Part shown: piece after piece, positions 19,977 to 30,992 of the stretch
Position numbering within the stretch: position 1 is the stretch's first letter
Layout: every line of letters begins with the position of its first letter
Notes under the pieces: generated by a model
What the model saw: only the letters and a program-made list of their open reading frames with translations
The model's database searches: none
What the model was told of the DNA's origin: nothing
Translations under genes and position numbers: made by a program
Assembly: GCF_036770585.1 (NCBI RefSeq)
Contig: NZ_DAIPIW010000004.1
Span: forward strand, 6,327 to 70,326
From: Yoonia sp.
GTDB taxonomy: Bacteria; Pseudomonadota; Alphaproteobacteria; Rhodobacterales; Rhodobacteraceae
Length of the DNA: 64,000 nucleotides
Direction of reading: 5' to 3'

Positions 19977-21248
19977 ATGTCCCAACACCGTTTGAACCTT
20001 GCCGATCTCAAGGCACAAAGCCCCAAAGACCTTTTGGCGATGGCCGAAGAGCTGGAGATCGAAAACGCCTCGACCATGCGGAAGGGCGATATCATGTTCG
20101 CGATCCTCAAGGAGCGCGCGGACGAAGAATGGGTCATCGGCGGCGACGGCGTGCTGGAGGTTCTTCAGGACGGTTTCGGCTTCCTGCGCTCGCCCGAGGC
20201 GAACTATCTGCCAGGTCCGGATGATATCTATGTCTCGCCCGACATGATCCGCCAGTATTCGCTGCGCACCGGCGATACCGTCGAAGGCGTGATGAAGGAA
20301 CCCAACGATAACGAGCGTTATTTCGCCCTGACCTCGGTCGAGCGGATCAACTTCGAGGATCCCGACAAGGCAAAGCACAAGGTCGCCTTCGAAAACCTGA
20401 CCCCGCTCTATCCCGACGAGCGGCTGAAAATGGAAATCGAGGACCCGACGGTCAAGGACCGGTCGGCGCGGATCATCGATCTGGTCGCCCCCATCGGCAA
20501 GGGCCAGCGGTCGCTGATCGTAGCCCCGCCACGGACGGGCAAGACGGTGCTTTTGCAGAACATCGCCAACTCGATCGAAAAGAACCACCCCGAGTGTTAT
20601 CTGATCGTTTTGCTGATCGACGAACGCCCCGAAGAGGTGACGGACATGCAGCGGTCGGTAAAGGGCGAGGTTGTGTCCTCGACCTTCGACGAACCGGCCT
20701 CGCGGCATGTGGCGGTGTCGGAAATGGTGATCGAGAAAGCGAAACGTCTGGTGGAACACAAGCGGGACGTGGTGATCCTGCTTGATTCGATCACGCGTCT
20801 GGGGCGGGCGTTCAACACGACTGTGCCAAGCTCGGGGAAAGTTCTGACAGGGGGTGTGGATGCCAACGCGCTGCAACGCCCCAAGCGGTTCTTCGGCGCG
20901 GCACGCAACATCGAAGAGGGCGGTTCGCTGACGATCATCGCGACCGCCCTGATCGACACCGGCAGCCGGATGGACGAAGTCATCTTCGAGGAATTCAAGG
21001 GCACCGGTAACAGCGAGATCGTTCTTGACCGCAAAGTGGCCGACAAGCGCGTCTTCCCTGCAATGGACGTACTCAAATCCGGCACGCGGAAAGAGGAACT
21101 GCTGGTGGACAAGGCGGATCTTGCCAAGACCTATGTGCTGCGCCGCATCCTGAACCCGATGGGCACCACGGATGCGATCGAGTTCCTGATCGGCAAGCTG
21201 AAGCAGACCAAGACGAACAGCGATTTCTTCGACTCGATGAACACGTAA
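19977..21248 (+). CDS. rho: Transcription termination factor Rho
   Basis: [38 protein letters not shown]. Confidence 0.98.
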   Translation: MSQHRLNLADLKAQSPKDLLAMAEELEIENASTMRKGDIMFAILKERADEEWVIGGDGVLEVLQDGFGFLRSPEANYLPGPDDIYVSPDMIRQYSLRTGDTVEGVMKEPNDNERYFALTSVERINFEDPDKAKHKVAFENLTPLYPDERLKMEIEDPTVKDRSARIIDLVAPIGKGQRSLIVAPPRTGKTVLLQNIANSIEKNHPECYLIVLLIDERPEEVTDMQRSVKGEVVSSTFDEPASRHVAVSEMVIEKAKRLVEHKRDVVILLDSITRLGRAFNTTVPSSGKVLTGGVDANALQRPKRFFGAARNIEEGGSLTIIATALIDTGSRMDEVIFEEFKGTGNSEIVLDRKVADKRVFPAMDVLKSGTRKEELLVDKADLAKTYVLRRILNPMGTTDAIEFLIGKLKQTKTNSDFFDSMNT

Positions 21249-21276
21249 CTTATTGTTTTATAACAATGGGTTAGAT

Positions 21277-22557
21277 ATGGATACGATCTTTGCCTTGGCA
21301 ACGGCGCAGGGGCGCGCAGGTGTCGCGGTGGTCCGGGTTTCCGGGCCATCTGCGGTTCTGGCGGCCGGGCGGCTGTGCGGTTCTGTGCCTGCCGCGCGCG
21401 GGCTGCGGTCTCTGATCGATACCGAAGGCGCGCTGCTGGACGAGGCGTTGATCCTGCGCTTTGACGAAGGACGCAGCTTTACCGGCGAAGAGGTGATCGA
21501 ACTGCACCTGCATGGCAGCCCCGCCGTGGTCGCTGCCGTGCTGCGGGTGCTTGGGGATTTGCCGGACCTGCGACAGGCCGAGGCAGGCGAATTCACGCGA
21601 CGCGCGCTGGAGAACGGCAGGCTGGATCTGGCCGAGGTCGAGGGGCTGGCCGATCTGATCGACGCCGAGACGGAAAGCCAGCGGCGGCAGGCCGTGCGCG
21701 TCTTCTCTGGTGCCTTGGGCGAGCTGGCGGATGGCTGGCGGCAAAAGCTGATCCGCGCCGCGGCCCTGCTGGAAGCGACGATCGATTTCGCCGACGAAGA
21801 GGTGCCGGTCGATGTGACGCCCGAAGTGCGGACCTTGCTGGCAGAGGTCTCGGGCCAGATGCAACGCGAAGCGGACGGGGTGCGGATCGCCGAACGGGTG
21901 CGGGATAGTTTCGAAGTCGCGATCATCGGTGCGCCCAACGCGGGCAAGTCCACATTGCTGAACCGGCTTGCGGGGCGGGATGTGGCGATCACCTCGGAAA
22001 TCGCGGGGACGACGCGGGACGTGATCGAGGTGCGGATGGATCTTGGCGGGTTGCCTGTATCGCTGCTTGACACAGCGGGGTTGCGCGAGACGGATGATGT
22101 GGTCGAAGGCCTGGGTGTTGCGCGGGCAAAGGAACGTGCCGAAGCTGCGGATCTGCGGATTTATCTGCTGTCGCCCTTTGAAGTGGGGCCAGAGGCGGCG
22201 GGGCCTGACGATATCGTCGTCCACGGCAAGGCTGATCTTGGGTTGCATGATGGGCTGTCGATATCGGGCAAAACCGGCGAAGGAATTGATGCGCTAATCG
22301 CTGAGGTATCCGGACGACTGCAAGCCCGGGTCGGACATATCGGCATCGCCATGCGCGAACGGCACCGGACAGCGATGCTGCGGGCGATTGCCTGCATGGA
22401 TGCGGCGCAAGCAGGGATGGAGCACGACAGCGCCATGGCCGACCTGATCGCCGAAGACCTGCGCGCGGCGATCCGCGCGGTGGATAGCATTGTGGGCCGC
22501 GTTGATGTAGAACAGGTGCTTGACGAAATCTTCTCCAGTTTTTGCATCGGGAAGTAG
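21277..22557 (+). CDS. mnmE: tRNA modification GTPase MnmE
   Basis: [25 protein letters not shown], terminal FCIGK. Confidence 0.97.
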   Translation: MDTIFALATAQGRAGVAVVRVSGPSAVLAAGRLCGSVPAARGLRSLIDTEGALLDEALILRFDEGRSFTGEEVIELHLHGSPAVVAAVLRVLGDLPDLRQAEAGEFTRRALENGRLDLAEVEGLADLIDAETESQRRQAVRVFSGALGELADGWRQKLIRAAALLEATIDFADEEVPVDVTPEVRTLLAEVSGQMQREADGVRIAERVRDSFEVAIIGAPNAGKSTLLNRLAGRDVAITSEIAGTTRDVIEVRMDLGGLPVSLLDTAGLRETDDVVEGLGVARAKERAEAADLRIYLLSPFEVGPEAAGPDDIVVHGKADLGLHDGLSISGKTGEGIDALIAEVSGRLQARVGHIGIAMRERHRTAMLRAIACMDAAQAGMEHDSAMADLIAEDLRAAIRAVDSIVGRVDVEQVLDEIFSSFCIGK

Positions 22558-22560
22558 GAG

Positions 22561-22576
22561 TGTTTCACGTGAAACA
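22561..22576. promoter_or_regulatory. parS: parS centromere site 1
   Basis: Perfect palindrome TGTTTCACGTGAAACA. Confidence 0.95.
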
Positions 22577-24440
22577 TCAGGACTACGACGTGATTGTCAT
22601 AGGTGGCGGGCATGCCGGTGCCGAGGCCGCGCATGCGGCTGCGCGGATGGGTGTGCGCGTGGCGCTGGTGACGCTGACCCGTGCGTCAATCGGTGTGATG
22701 TCCTGCAACCCGGCGATCGGTGGCTTGGGCAAAGGGCATCTGGTGCGCGAGATCGACGCGCTTGACGGGGTCATGGGGCGCGTGGCCGATAAGGCGGGCA
22801 TTCAGTTTCGCCTGTTGAATCGCAAGAAGGGGCCAGCGGTGCAGGGGCCCCGTGCGCAATCGGACCGCCGGATCTACAAGACAGAGATGCAGGCAGAGCT
22901 TGCGCTTCTACCGAACCTCGACATCGTTGAAGGCGAGGCGACCGACCTGATCGTCGACACCGGCCGCGTCTCGGGTGTGGTGCTGCGCGACCAAAGCGAA
23001 ATCCGCGCTGTGGCTGTGATCCTGACCACCGGGACCTTTCTGCGCGGGGTCATCCATATTGGCGATGTCTCGCGTCCGGGCGGGCGGATGGGGGACGACC
23101 CGTCAGTGAAAATGGCCGAGCGTCTGGACAGTTTCGGCCTGCCGCTGGGGCGGCTCAAAACCGGCACGCCGCCGCGTCTGGATGGGCGGACCATCAACTG
23201 GGGGGTGCTAGAAAAGCAGCCAAGTGATGATGATCCGGTGCTGTTCTCGTTCCTGTCCAAAGGCACCTATGCGCCACAGATCGACTGCGGGATCACCCAT
23301 ACGAACGAAAAGACGCATGATATCATCCGCGCCAATCTGGGGCGGTCGGCCATGTATGGCGGCCATATCGACGGGATCGGGCCGCGCTATTGCCCCTCGA
23401 TTGAGGACAAGATCGTGCGGTTCGCGGATAAAACCTCGCACCAGATCTTTCTCGAACCGGAAGGCGTGACCGACCAAACGGTCTATCCCAACGGTATTTC
23501 GACCTCGCTGCCCGAGGACGTGCAGCACGACTATGTCCATTCCATCCATGGCCTTGAAAACGCGGTGATTTTGCAGCCTGGCTATGCGATCGAATACGAC
23601 TACATCGATCCCCGCGCCCTGCGCGCGACACTGGAACTGCGCGATGTGCCGGGCCTTTATCTGGCCGGGCAGATCAACGGCACGACTGGCTATGAAGAGG
23701 CGGCGGCACAGGGTCTGGTGGCGGGCCTCAACGCGGCCTCTGCGGCGCTTGGCCGGGATCCTGTCACTTTCAGCCGCCGCACGTCCTACATCGGCGTGAT
23801 GGTCGACGACCTGATCACGCGCGGCGTGTCGGAACCCTATCGCATGTTCACCTCGCGAGCCGAATTCCGCCTGTCCTTACGCGCCGACAACGCCGATCAG
23901 CGCCTGACAGCGATGGGCCGCGACATCGGCTGCGTCGGGGATCTGCGTTGGGCCGCCTTTTCGGACAAACGCGCGCAGCTTGACGATGCGACGGCACGGC
24001 TCGACACGATCACCGTCACCGCCCGCGAGATTGCCGCAACCGGCGCAAAACTGAACCCCGACGGCCCCCGCCGGTCGGCCCTTGATGCGCTGGCGCTCGC
24101 GGATTTCGGCTTTCCCGAACTTGCCGCTGCGGGCCACCACCTTGACGATATCGCGGACGACATCCGCGATCAGGTCAAGAAAGACGCGCTCTACGCCCAT
24201 TACATCGCCCGGCAAGAGCGTGATATCGCGGCGCTGGAAAGGGATGAGCAACAGGTCATCCCCGACGATCTGGATTTCGCTTTAATCAGGGGCTTGTCCA
24301 ATGAAATTGCAGGCAAATTGATCGCTTCACGACCTGCCACCATCGCTCAGGCTGGCCGGATCGAAGGGATGACGCCCGCCGCGCTGATGCTGCTGATCTC
24401 GGCCATCAAGCGGGATGTGCCCAAGGCCACGGGGACCTGA
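22569..24440 (+). CDS. mnmG: tRNA uridine-5-carboxymethylaminomethyl modification enzyme MnmG (GidA)
   Basis: [43 protein letters not shown] start 8 nt after AGGAG. Confidence 0.97.
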   Translation: MKHQDYDVIVIGGGHAGAEAAHAAARMGVRVALVTLTRASIGVMSCNPAIGGLGKGHLVREIDALDGVMGRVADKAGIQFRLLNRKKGPAVQGPRAQSDRRIYKTEMQAELALLPNLDIVEGEATDLIVDTGRVSGVVLRDQSEIRAVAVILTTGTFLRGVIHIGDVSRPGGRMGDDPSVKMAERLDSFGLPLGRLKTGTPPRLDGRTINWGVLEKQPSDDDPVLFSFLSKGTYAPQIDCGITHTNEKTHDIIRANLGRSAMYGGHIDGIGPRYCPSIEDKIVRFADKTSHQIFLEPEGVTDQTVYPNGISTSLPEDVQHDYVHSIHGLENAVILQPGYAIEYDYIDPRALRATLELRDVPGLYLAGQINGTTGYEEAAAQGLVAGLNAASAALGRDPVTFSRRTSYIGVMVDDLITRGVSEPYRMFTSRAEFRLSLRADNADQRLTAMGRDIGCVGDLRWAAFSDKRAQLDDATARLDTITVTAREIAATGAKLNPDGPRRSALDALALADFGFPELAAAGHHLDDIADDIRDQVKKDALYAHYIARQERDIAALERDEQQVIPDDLDFALIRGLSNEIAGKLIASRPATIAQAGRIEGMTPAALMLLISAIKRDVPKATGT

Positions 24441-24443
24441 CGC

Positions 24444-25061
24444 TTGCCAGACCTCGGTGGATTGTTAGTTTCACGTGAAACAATGGCGCGGCTAGAAGCC
24501 TTCGCGTCACTGATGGCCAAATGGACCCCGAAAATCAATCTGATCGCGAAAGGAACCCTTGGCGATATCTGGGACCGGCATATCGTCGACTCCGCGCAAA
24601 TCTATCGCCATGCCCCTGAAGATTTCGCAACTTGGGCCGATATCGGCAGTGGCGGCGGGTTTCCGGGGATCGTCGTTGCCGCGATCGCAAAGGAAAAGCA
24701 TCCCGACGCGCGGTTCGTTCTGATCGAAAGCGACCAACGCAAATGCGCCTTCCTGCGCACCGCCGCGCGCGCGCTCGATATGTCGGTCGATGTGATCGCC
24801 AGCAGGATCGAAGAGGCACCGCCCCAAGCCGCCGACGTCGTTTCAGCCCGCGCGCTTGCCCCTTTGCCCGCGTTGTTGCCGCTGATTCTGCGACACTTGC
24901 GGGAAGACGGCCGCGCCCTTGTCCACAAAGGCCGCCAGGCAGCGCAAGAGGTCGCCGAAGCCCGTGTCCAATGGGCATTTGACCTTGAAGATCACCCCAG
25001 TATCACTGATCCTGACGCACGACTATTGCAAATCCAAAGGATTCTTCCCCGTGGCAACTGA
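24444..25061 (+). CDS. rsmG: 16S rRNA m7G527 methyltransferase RsmG (GidB)
   Basis: VSRET, RHIVDS, DIGSGGGFPG, VSARA. Confidence 0.95.
   Translation: MPDLGGLLVSRETMARLEAFASLMAKWTPKINLIAKGTLGDIWDRHIVDSAQIYRHAPEDFATWADIGSGGGFPGIVVAAIAKEKHPDARFVLIESDQRKCAFLRTAARALDMSVDVIASRIEEAPPQAADVVSARALAPLPALLPLILRHLREDGRALVHKGRQAAQEVAEARVQWAFDLEDHPSITDPDARLLQIQRILPRGN
24467..24482. promoter_or_regulatory. parS: parS centromere site 2 (inside rsmG)
   Basis: AGTTTCACGTGAAACA, 15/16 match to parS palindrome. Confidence 0.9.
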
Positions 25062-25860
25062 AACCGCCGTCAAGTCGACGATCATCGCTGTTGCCAACCA
25101 GAAGGGCGGTGTCGGCAAGACGACGACCACGATCAACCTTGGTGCGGCGCTTGCCGAGCTTGGAAAGCGCGTGCTTTTGCTGGACCTTGATCCGCAGGGA
25201 AACGCCTCAACCGGACTAGGAATTGCGTATGATATGCGCGATGCCACAACATATGACCTTCTTGCAGGTGAAATCGCGCTCGCAGATGCTGTCCAGACCA
25301 CCAGTGTCGACAACCTCGAAATCGTGCCGGCCACGACCGATCTCAGCTCTGCCGATCTGGAGCTTGTCGACAACGCCAAGCGCAGCTACCTGCTGCGCAA
25401 TGTCCTGCGTGATCCCAAGGGCGGCTGTGACAACTACGACTACATCCTGATCGACTGCCCGCCCTCGCTGAACATTCTGACGGTCAACGCCATGGTCGCG
25501 GCGCATTCGATCATCGTGCCCCTGCAAAGCGAGTTCTTCGCCCTCGAAGGTCTGTCGCAACTGATCCTGACGGTCCGCGACGTCCGCCAGACCGCCAACC
25601 CCGATCTCCGGATCGAGGGGATCGCCCTGACCATGTACGACAGCCGGAACAACCTGTCCCTGCAGGTCGAGGACGACGCCCGCGAGAATATGGGGGACAT
25701 GGTTTTCAAGACCGTGATCCCCCGCAACGTCCGCCTCAGCGAGGCACCGTCATTCGCGGTGCCCGTTCTGGCCTATGACACCCAGTCCAAAGGTAGCGAG
25801 GCTTATCGCGCCCTTGCCAAGGAACTGGTCGACCGTATCGAAAAACAGAAGGCTGCCTGA
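25051..25860 (+). CDS. parA: Chromosome partitioning ATPase ParA
   Basis: NQKGGVGKTTT, DLDPQGNA, IDCPPSL, IPRNVRLSEAPS. Confidence 0.96.
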   Translation: MATETAVKSTIIAVANQKGGVGKTTTTINLGAALAELGKRVLLLDLDPQGNASTGLGIAYDMRDATTYDLLAGEIALADAVQTTSVDNLEIVPATTDLSSADLELVDNAKRSYLLRNVLRDPKGGCDNYDYILIDCPPSLNILTVNAMVAAHSIIVPLQSEFFALEGLSQLILTVRDVRQTANPDLRIEGIALTMYDSRNNLSLQVEDDARENMGDMVFKTVIPRNVRLSEAPSFAVPVLAYDTQSKGSEAYRALAKELVDRIEKQKAA

Positions 25861-25861
25861 C

Positions 25862-26737
25862 ATGGGACGCAATACGAAATCACGGGGCCTGGGGCGCGGT
25901 TTGTCGGCCCTGATGTCCGATGTCACGGCAGATACAGGGTCCGACGGAACCCCGAAACGCCCCGATCTGGTGGTGCCCATTGAACGGGTCCGGCCCAACC
26001 CCGACCAGCCGCGCCGCTTCTTCGCCGAGGAAGCCATGCTTGAACTCGTCAACTCTGTTGCCGAGAAAGGCATCATCCAGCCGCTGATCGTCCGGCCTGT
26101 CGGTGCGGATTACCAGATCGTCGCCGGTGAACGCCGCTGGCGGGCGGCGCAGAAGGCGAAACTGCACGAAGTGCCCATCATCGTCCGCGAATACGACGAC
26201 ACCGAAGTGCTTGAAATCGCGATCATCGAGAACATCCAGCGCGCCGACCTCAGCCCGATAGACGAGGGCGCGGGTTACAAGCAACTGATGGAAAAATTCG
26301 GCCATACGCAAGAGAAACTGGCCGAGGTCCTCGGCAAGAGCCGCAGCCACATCGCGAACATGATGCGCCTTGTCGGCCTGCCGGATGAAATCAAGGATTA
26401 TCTCAATGCCGGACAATTGACCGCCGGTCACGCCCGGGCATTGATCGGGCATGATGACGCCATCGGCATCGCCCGCAAGGTCGTGCAGGAAAAGCTGTCG
26501 GTCCGTCAGACCGAAGCGCTGGCCAAAAAGGGGCTCGGTGATGACGGCAAACCTTCGAGCAGCCGCAGGGCAACGAAAGACGCCGACACCGTGCAGATCG
26601 AAAAGGAACTGTCGGCCCAGTTGCGGATGAAAGTGTCCATCGACCACGCTGCAGGGTCCGAGGGCGGCAAGATGACGATCAGCTACCGCTCACTGGATCA
26701 GCTCGATGATCTGCTGCGCGCGCTCTCGGGCGGCTAA
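25862..26737 (+). CDS. parB: Chromosome partitioning protein ParB
   Basis: RGLGRGLSAL, NPDQPR, IVAGERRWRA, ENIQR, HTH. Confidence 0.96.
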   Translation: MGRNTKSRGLGRGLSALMSDVTADTGSDGTPKRPDLVVPIERVRPNPDQPRRFFAEEAMLELVNSVAEKGIIQPLIVRPVGADYQIVAGERRWRAAQKAKLHEVPIIVREYDDTEVLEIAIIENIQRADLSPIDEGAGYKQLMEKFGHTQEKLAEVLGKSRSHIANMMRLVGLPDEIKDYLNAGQLTAGHARALIGHDDAIGIARKVVQEKLSVRQTEALAKKGLGDDGKPSSSRRATKDADTVQIEKELSAQLRMKVSIDHAAGSEGGKMTISYRSLDQLDDLLRALSGG

Positions 26738-27891
26738 CCTTCCAGAAGTTGCCGCAGAACCGCGTTCAGCACGGGACGCCCCCGTGACGTGACGCAGAGG
26801 TGATCATCGGTCATTTCCAGCATGCCAATATCACGTAAACCATTGATATTGTTCATCAATACGTCATTCCACTGATCCGGAAACCGCTGCCGTGACACAC
26901 CTTCGCGCAGCCGCAGACCCATCAGCAGGAACTCGGTGAACTGCTCGGTCCCGGTCAGTGTCTCGCGTGCACCCTCACCATTGCCGGTCTTGCGCACCTG
27001 TGCCAGCCACTGCGCCGGGCCGAGCGGGGTTTCCGTCGCAAAGCGCTGCCCGCCGATGGTCAGCCGGCCATGCGCCCCCGGTCCGATGCCCGCATAATCG
27101 CCATAGCGCCAGTAAATCCGGTTGTGCACGCTTTCCGCCCCGTCGGCGGCGTGGTTCGAGACCTCGTAGCCCACAAACCCCGCCGCCGCACAGATGTCTT
27201 GCGTTGCCAGATACATATCGGCGGCGGTGTCATCATCCGGCAGCCCGCGCAGCTTGCCCGCCTGATAGCGGTCGCCGAAGGCCGTGCCGTCCTCGATCGT
27301 CAGTTGGTAAAGTGACAGATGGTCCACGGCAAGCGACAGCGCCTGCTGCAATTCCATCTTCCATGCCGCAAGGCTCTGCCCCTGTCGTGCATAGATCAGG
27401 TCGAAACTGACGCGCGCGAAGGTGCTGCGCGCGATGTCGAAGGCGCGGAAAGCCTCGTCCACGGAATGCAGCCGCCCCAGCGCCTTCAGATCCGCATCAT
27501 TCAGCGCCTGTATCCCCATCGACACGCGGTTGACGCCCGCGTCGCGATAACCCGCGAACCGTCCAGCTTCGACGGAAGTCGGGTTCGCTTCCAGCGTGAT
27601 TTCCACGTCATTGGCCATCGGCCAGGTGGCGCGCACACGCGTCAGCACGGCATCCACCACCGCGGGGTCCATCAGGCTGGGCGTGCCACCACCGAAAAAG
27701 ACCGAGCGCAACACCCGACCTTTGGTTTCCGCACCGACCCTGTCTATTTCGCTGAGGTAAGCCTCGGCCCAGGCCCGCTGGTCGATCTGCGCCACGACAT
27801 GGCTGTTGAAATCGCAATAGGGGCATTTGGCCTGACAAAAGGGCCAATGGACATAGAGGCCAAAGCCCCCGTTTTCCCAATCCTCAGCCAA
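26734..27891 (-). CDS. hemW: Radical SAM heme chaperone HemW
   Basis: YVHWPFCQAKCPYCDFN, FGGGTPS, YEVSN, HNRIYW; TTG start inferred. Confidence 0.92.
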   Translation of the reverse strand: MAEDWENGGFGLYVHWPFCQAKCPYCDFNSHVVAQIDQRAWAEAYLSEIDRVGAETKGRVLRSVFFGGGTPSLMDPAVVDAVLTRVRATWPMANDVEITLEANPTSVEAGRFAGYRDAGVNRVSMGIQALNDADLKALGRLHSVDEAFRAFDIARSTFARVSFDLIYARQGQSLAAWKMELQQALSLAVDHLSLYQLTIEDGTAFGDRYQAGKLRGLPDDDTAADMYLATQDICAAAGFVGYEVSNHAADGAESVHNRIYWRYGDYAGIGPGAHGRLTIGGQRFATETPLGPAQWLAQVRKTGNGEGARETLTGTEQFTEFLLMGLRLREGVSRQRFPDQWNDVLMNNINGLRDIGMLEMTDDHLCVTSRGRPVLNAVLRQLLEG

Positions 27892-28491
27892 AGCAGCCTG
27901 CGACCAGTTTCCGGAACGCATCCGCGCGGTGGCTGATGCGGTTCTTTTCCCAGCGGTCCATTTCGCCGAAGGTCACATCATACCCTTCAGGCTGGAAGAT
28001 CGGATCATAGCCGTGTCCCTGGTCCCCGCGCATCGGCCAGACGATCTGGCCGGGCATGACACCCGGGAAGACCTCGTCATGGCCGTCGGGCCAGGCCAGC
28101 ACCAGCGTGCAACAAAAGCGCGCGGTGCGGGGGTGGGGGGCCTTCGCCGCCTCCAGCGCGCGCCATGCGCGCTCCATCGCCATGGTAAAGTCGCGGCCCT
28201 GCGGCGTTTCCGCCCAATCGGCGGTATGGACGCCCGGTGCACCGCCCAGACCGTCGATTTCGATCCCGCTGTCGTCGGCCAAGGCGGGCAGGCCGGTGGC
28301 CTTGGCTGCGGCATGGGCCTTGATGCGGGCATTGCCGACAAAGGTCGTTTCGGTCTCGTCCGGTTCGGGCAGCCCGTGATCAGCGTTCGAGGTCAGCACC
28401 ACACCATAGGGCGACAGCAGGTCCGCGATCTCTTCCAGCTTGCCGCGATTGTGGGTCGCGATCACAAGGTCCTTGCCGTCGAACCGCCGCA

Positions 28492-28492
<1 letters not shown>
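27884..28492 (-). CDS. rdgB: dITP/XTP pyrophosphatase (RdgB/HAM1)
   Basis: ATHNRGK, ADDSG, GYDPIF, SHR. Confidence 0.95.
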
Positions 28493-29199
<707 letters not shown>

Positions 29200-29314
29200 G
29201 GGGTCACTCCTTTTGATTGCAACCTGTCGATACGCTGCCCACATATGGAATCCAACCCCGATTGACGGTCCTGACCACTTGGTTTTAATTGGCTCGCTTT
29301 CACCAGAGGATGCG

Positions 29315-30379
29315 ATGACGCAATCACCGCCGAACATCGACGACATGACCGCCCGCTCGCGCGAGGTCTTCCGCCGCGTGGTCGAAGGCTATCTGGAAAG
29401 CGGCGCGCCTGTGGGATCACGCACGCTGACGCGGGACTTTTCGGAAAGGGTCAGTGCTGCCACGATCCGCAACGTCATGCAGGATCTGGAATACCTCGGG
29501 CTTCTGGGCAGCCCGCATGTCAGCGCAGGGCGCATCCCGACGCAGCTTGGCCTGCGCATGTTCGTCGATGGCCTGCTCGAGGTCGGCGATCTCGACGGCA
29601 AGGACCGCGAGACCATCGACCGGACCGTGGCCTCGAACGATCATGATGTGACAACGGTGCTTGATCAGGTGGGGCAGGCGCTGTCGGGCGTGACCCATGG
29701 CGCCAGCCTTGTGCTGACGCCCAAACACGAGGCGCCGATCAAGCACATCGACTTTGTCTCGCTCAATCGCGAACGGGCGCTGGTGGTGTTGGTCTTCGCC
29801 GATGGCCATGTGGAAAACCGCGTCTTCACACCGCCTGTCGGGCAGACGCCCTCATCCATGCGCGAGGCGGCGAATTTCCTCAATTCCATCGCCGAGGGGC
29901 ATACCCTGTCCGAGCTTGGCACCGTTGTCGCCCGTGAAATCGTGGCGCGGCGTCAGGAAATCGACGCACTTGCCCGCGATCTCGTCGAGAACGGTCAGGC
30001 GCTGTGGGAAAACGAGGGCCAGACGACCGAACGGCTGATCGTGCGCGGGCGCGGCAACCTCTTGGGTGACAGCGAATCCGAGCACGACCTTGCCCGGATC
30101 CGCACGCTGTTCGACGACCTCGAACGCAAGCGCGACATCGCCCAGTTCCTCGATCTGGCGCAAGACGGCGAGGGCGTGCGCATTTTTATCGGCTCCGAGA
30201 ACAAATTGTTCTCGCTTTCGGGTTCCTCTCTGGTGGTTTCCCCTTATATGAACGCCGACCGAAAGATCATTGGTGCGGTCGGTGTCATCGGCCCGACCAG
30301 ATTGAATTACGGCCGTATCGTGCCGATCGTGAATTATACTGCCAAGCTGGTCGGCAAGATGATCGCCGACCGCGCGTGA
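29315..30379 (+). CDS. hrcA: Heat-inducible transcription repressor HrcA
   Basis: [34 protein letters not shown]. Confidence 0.96.
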   Translation: MTQSPPNIDDMTARSREVFRRVVEGYLESGAPVGSRTLTRDFSERVSAATIRNVMQDLEYLGLLGSPHVSAGRIPTQLGLRMFVDGLLEVGDLDGKDRETIDRTVASNDHDVTTVLDQVGQALSGVTHGASLVLTPKHEAPIKHIDFVSLNRERALVVLVFADGHVENRVFTPPVGQTPSSMREAANFLNSIAEGHTLSELGTVVAREIVARRQEIDALARDLVENGQALWENEGQTTERLIVRGRGNLLGDSESEHDLARIRTLFDDLERKRDIAQFLDLAQDGEGVRIFIGSENKLFSLSGSSLVVSPYMNADRKIIGAVGVIGPTRLNYGRIVPIVNYTAKLVGKMIADRA

Positions 30380-30391
30380 AGGAAAGAACGC

Positions 30392-30955
30392 ATGTCCAAA
30401 AAGACCGAAGATCTGCAAACCCTCGACGAACTCGCCGCTGAAGGCGACGAGATGGAAGCGGCCTCTGCCGATGGCGAGACAGGCTTTGACGAGATCGAGG
30501 CCCTGCGCGCCGAGCGTGACGAATTCCGCGACAAGTTCATGCGCGCGCTGGCCGATGCCGAAAACACCCGCAAACGCGCCGACCGTGACCGCCGCGAGGC
30601 CGAGAATTACGGCGGCTCGCGGCTCGCCCGTGATCTGCTGCCGGTCTACGACAACATGGACCGCGCCCTGAAGGCCGCCAACGAGGGCGAGGAAAAAGTG
30701 CCGGACTCGCTGCTCGAAGGGATCGAGCTGACCATGCGCGAGCTGATCAACGTCTTCAAAAAGCACGGGGTAAAGCCGATCACACCGGAAGTGGGCGAAA
30801 AGTTCGACCCCAAGATGCACGAAGCGATGTTCGAGGCCCCGCTGCCCGGAACCAAAGCAGGCGAGATCATCCAGGTCTCGACCACCGGCTTTCTGCTCCA
30901 TGACCGGCTGTTGCGTCCCGCGCAGGTGGGCGTGTCGTCGATGAAGGCCTCTTAA
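30392..30955 (+). CDS. grpE: Nucleotide exchange factor GrpE
   Basis: ADAENTRKR, FDPKMHEAM, RLLRPAQV. Confidence 0.96.
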   Translation: MSKKTEDLQTLDELAAEGDEMEAASADGETGFDEIEALRAERDEFRDKFMRALADAENTRKRADRDRREAENYGGSRLARDLLPVYDNMDRALKAANEGEEKVPDSLLEGIELTMRELINVFKKHGVKPITPEVGEKFDPKMHEAMFEAPLPGTKAGEIIQVSTTGFLLHDRLLRPAQVGVSSMKAS

Positions 30956-30992
30956 GGGGCATCCGCGACGGAATTTCCCAAAGGGCGTAGGG

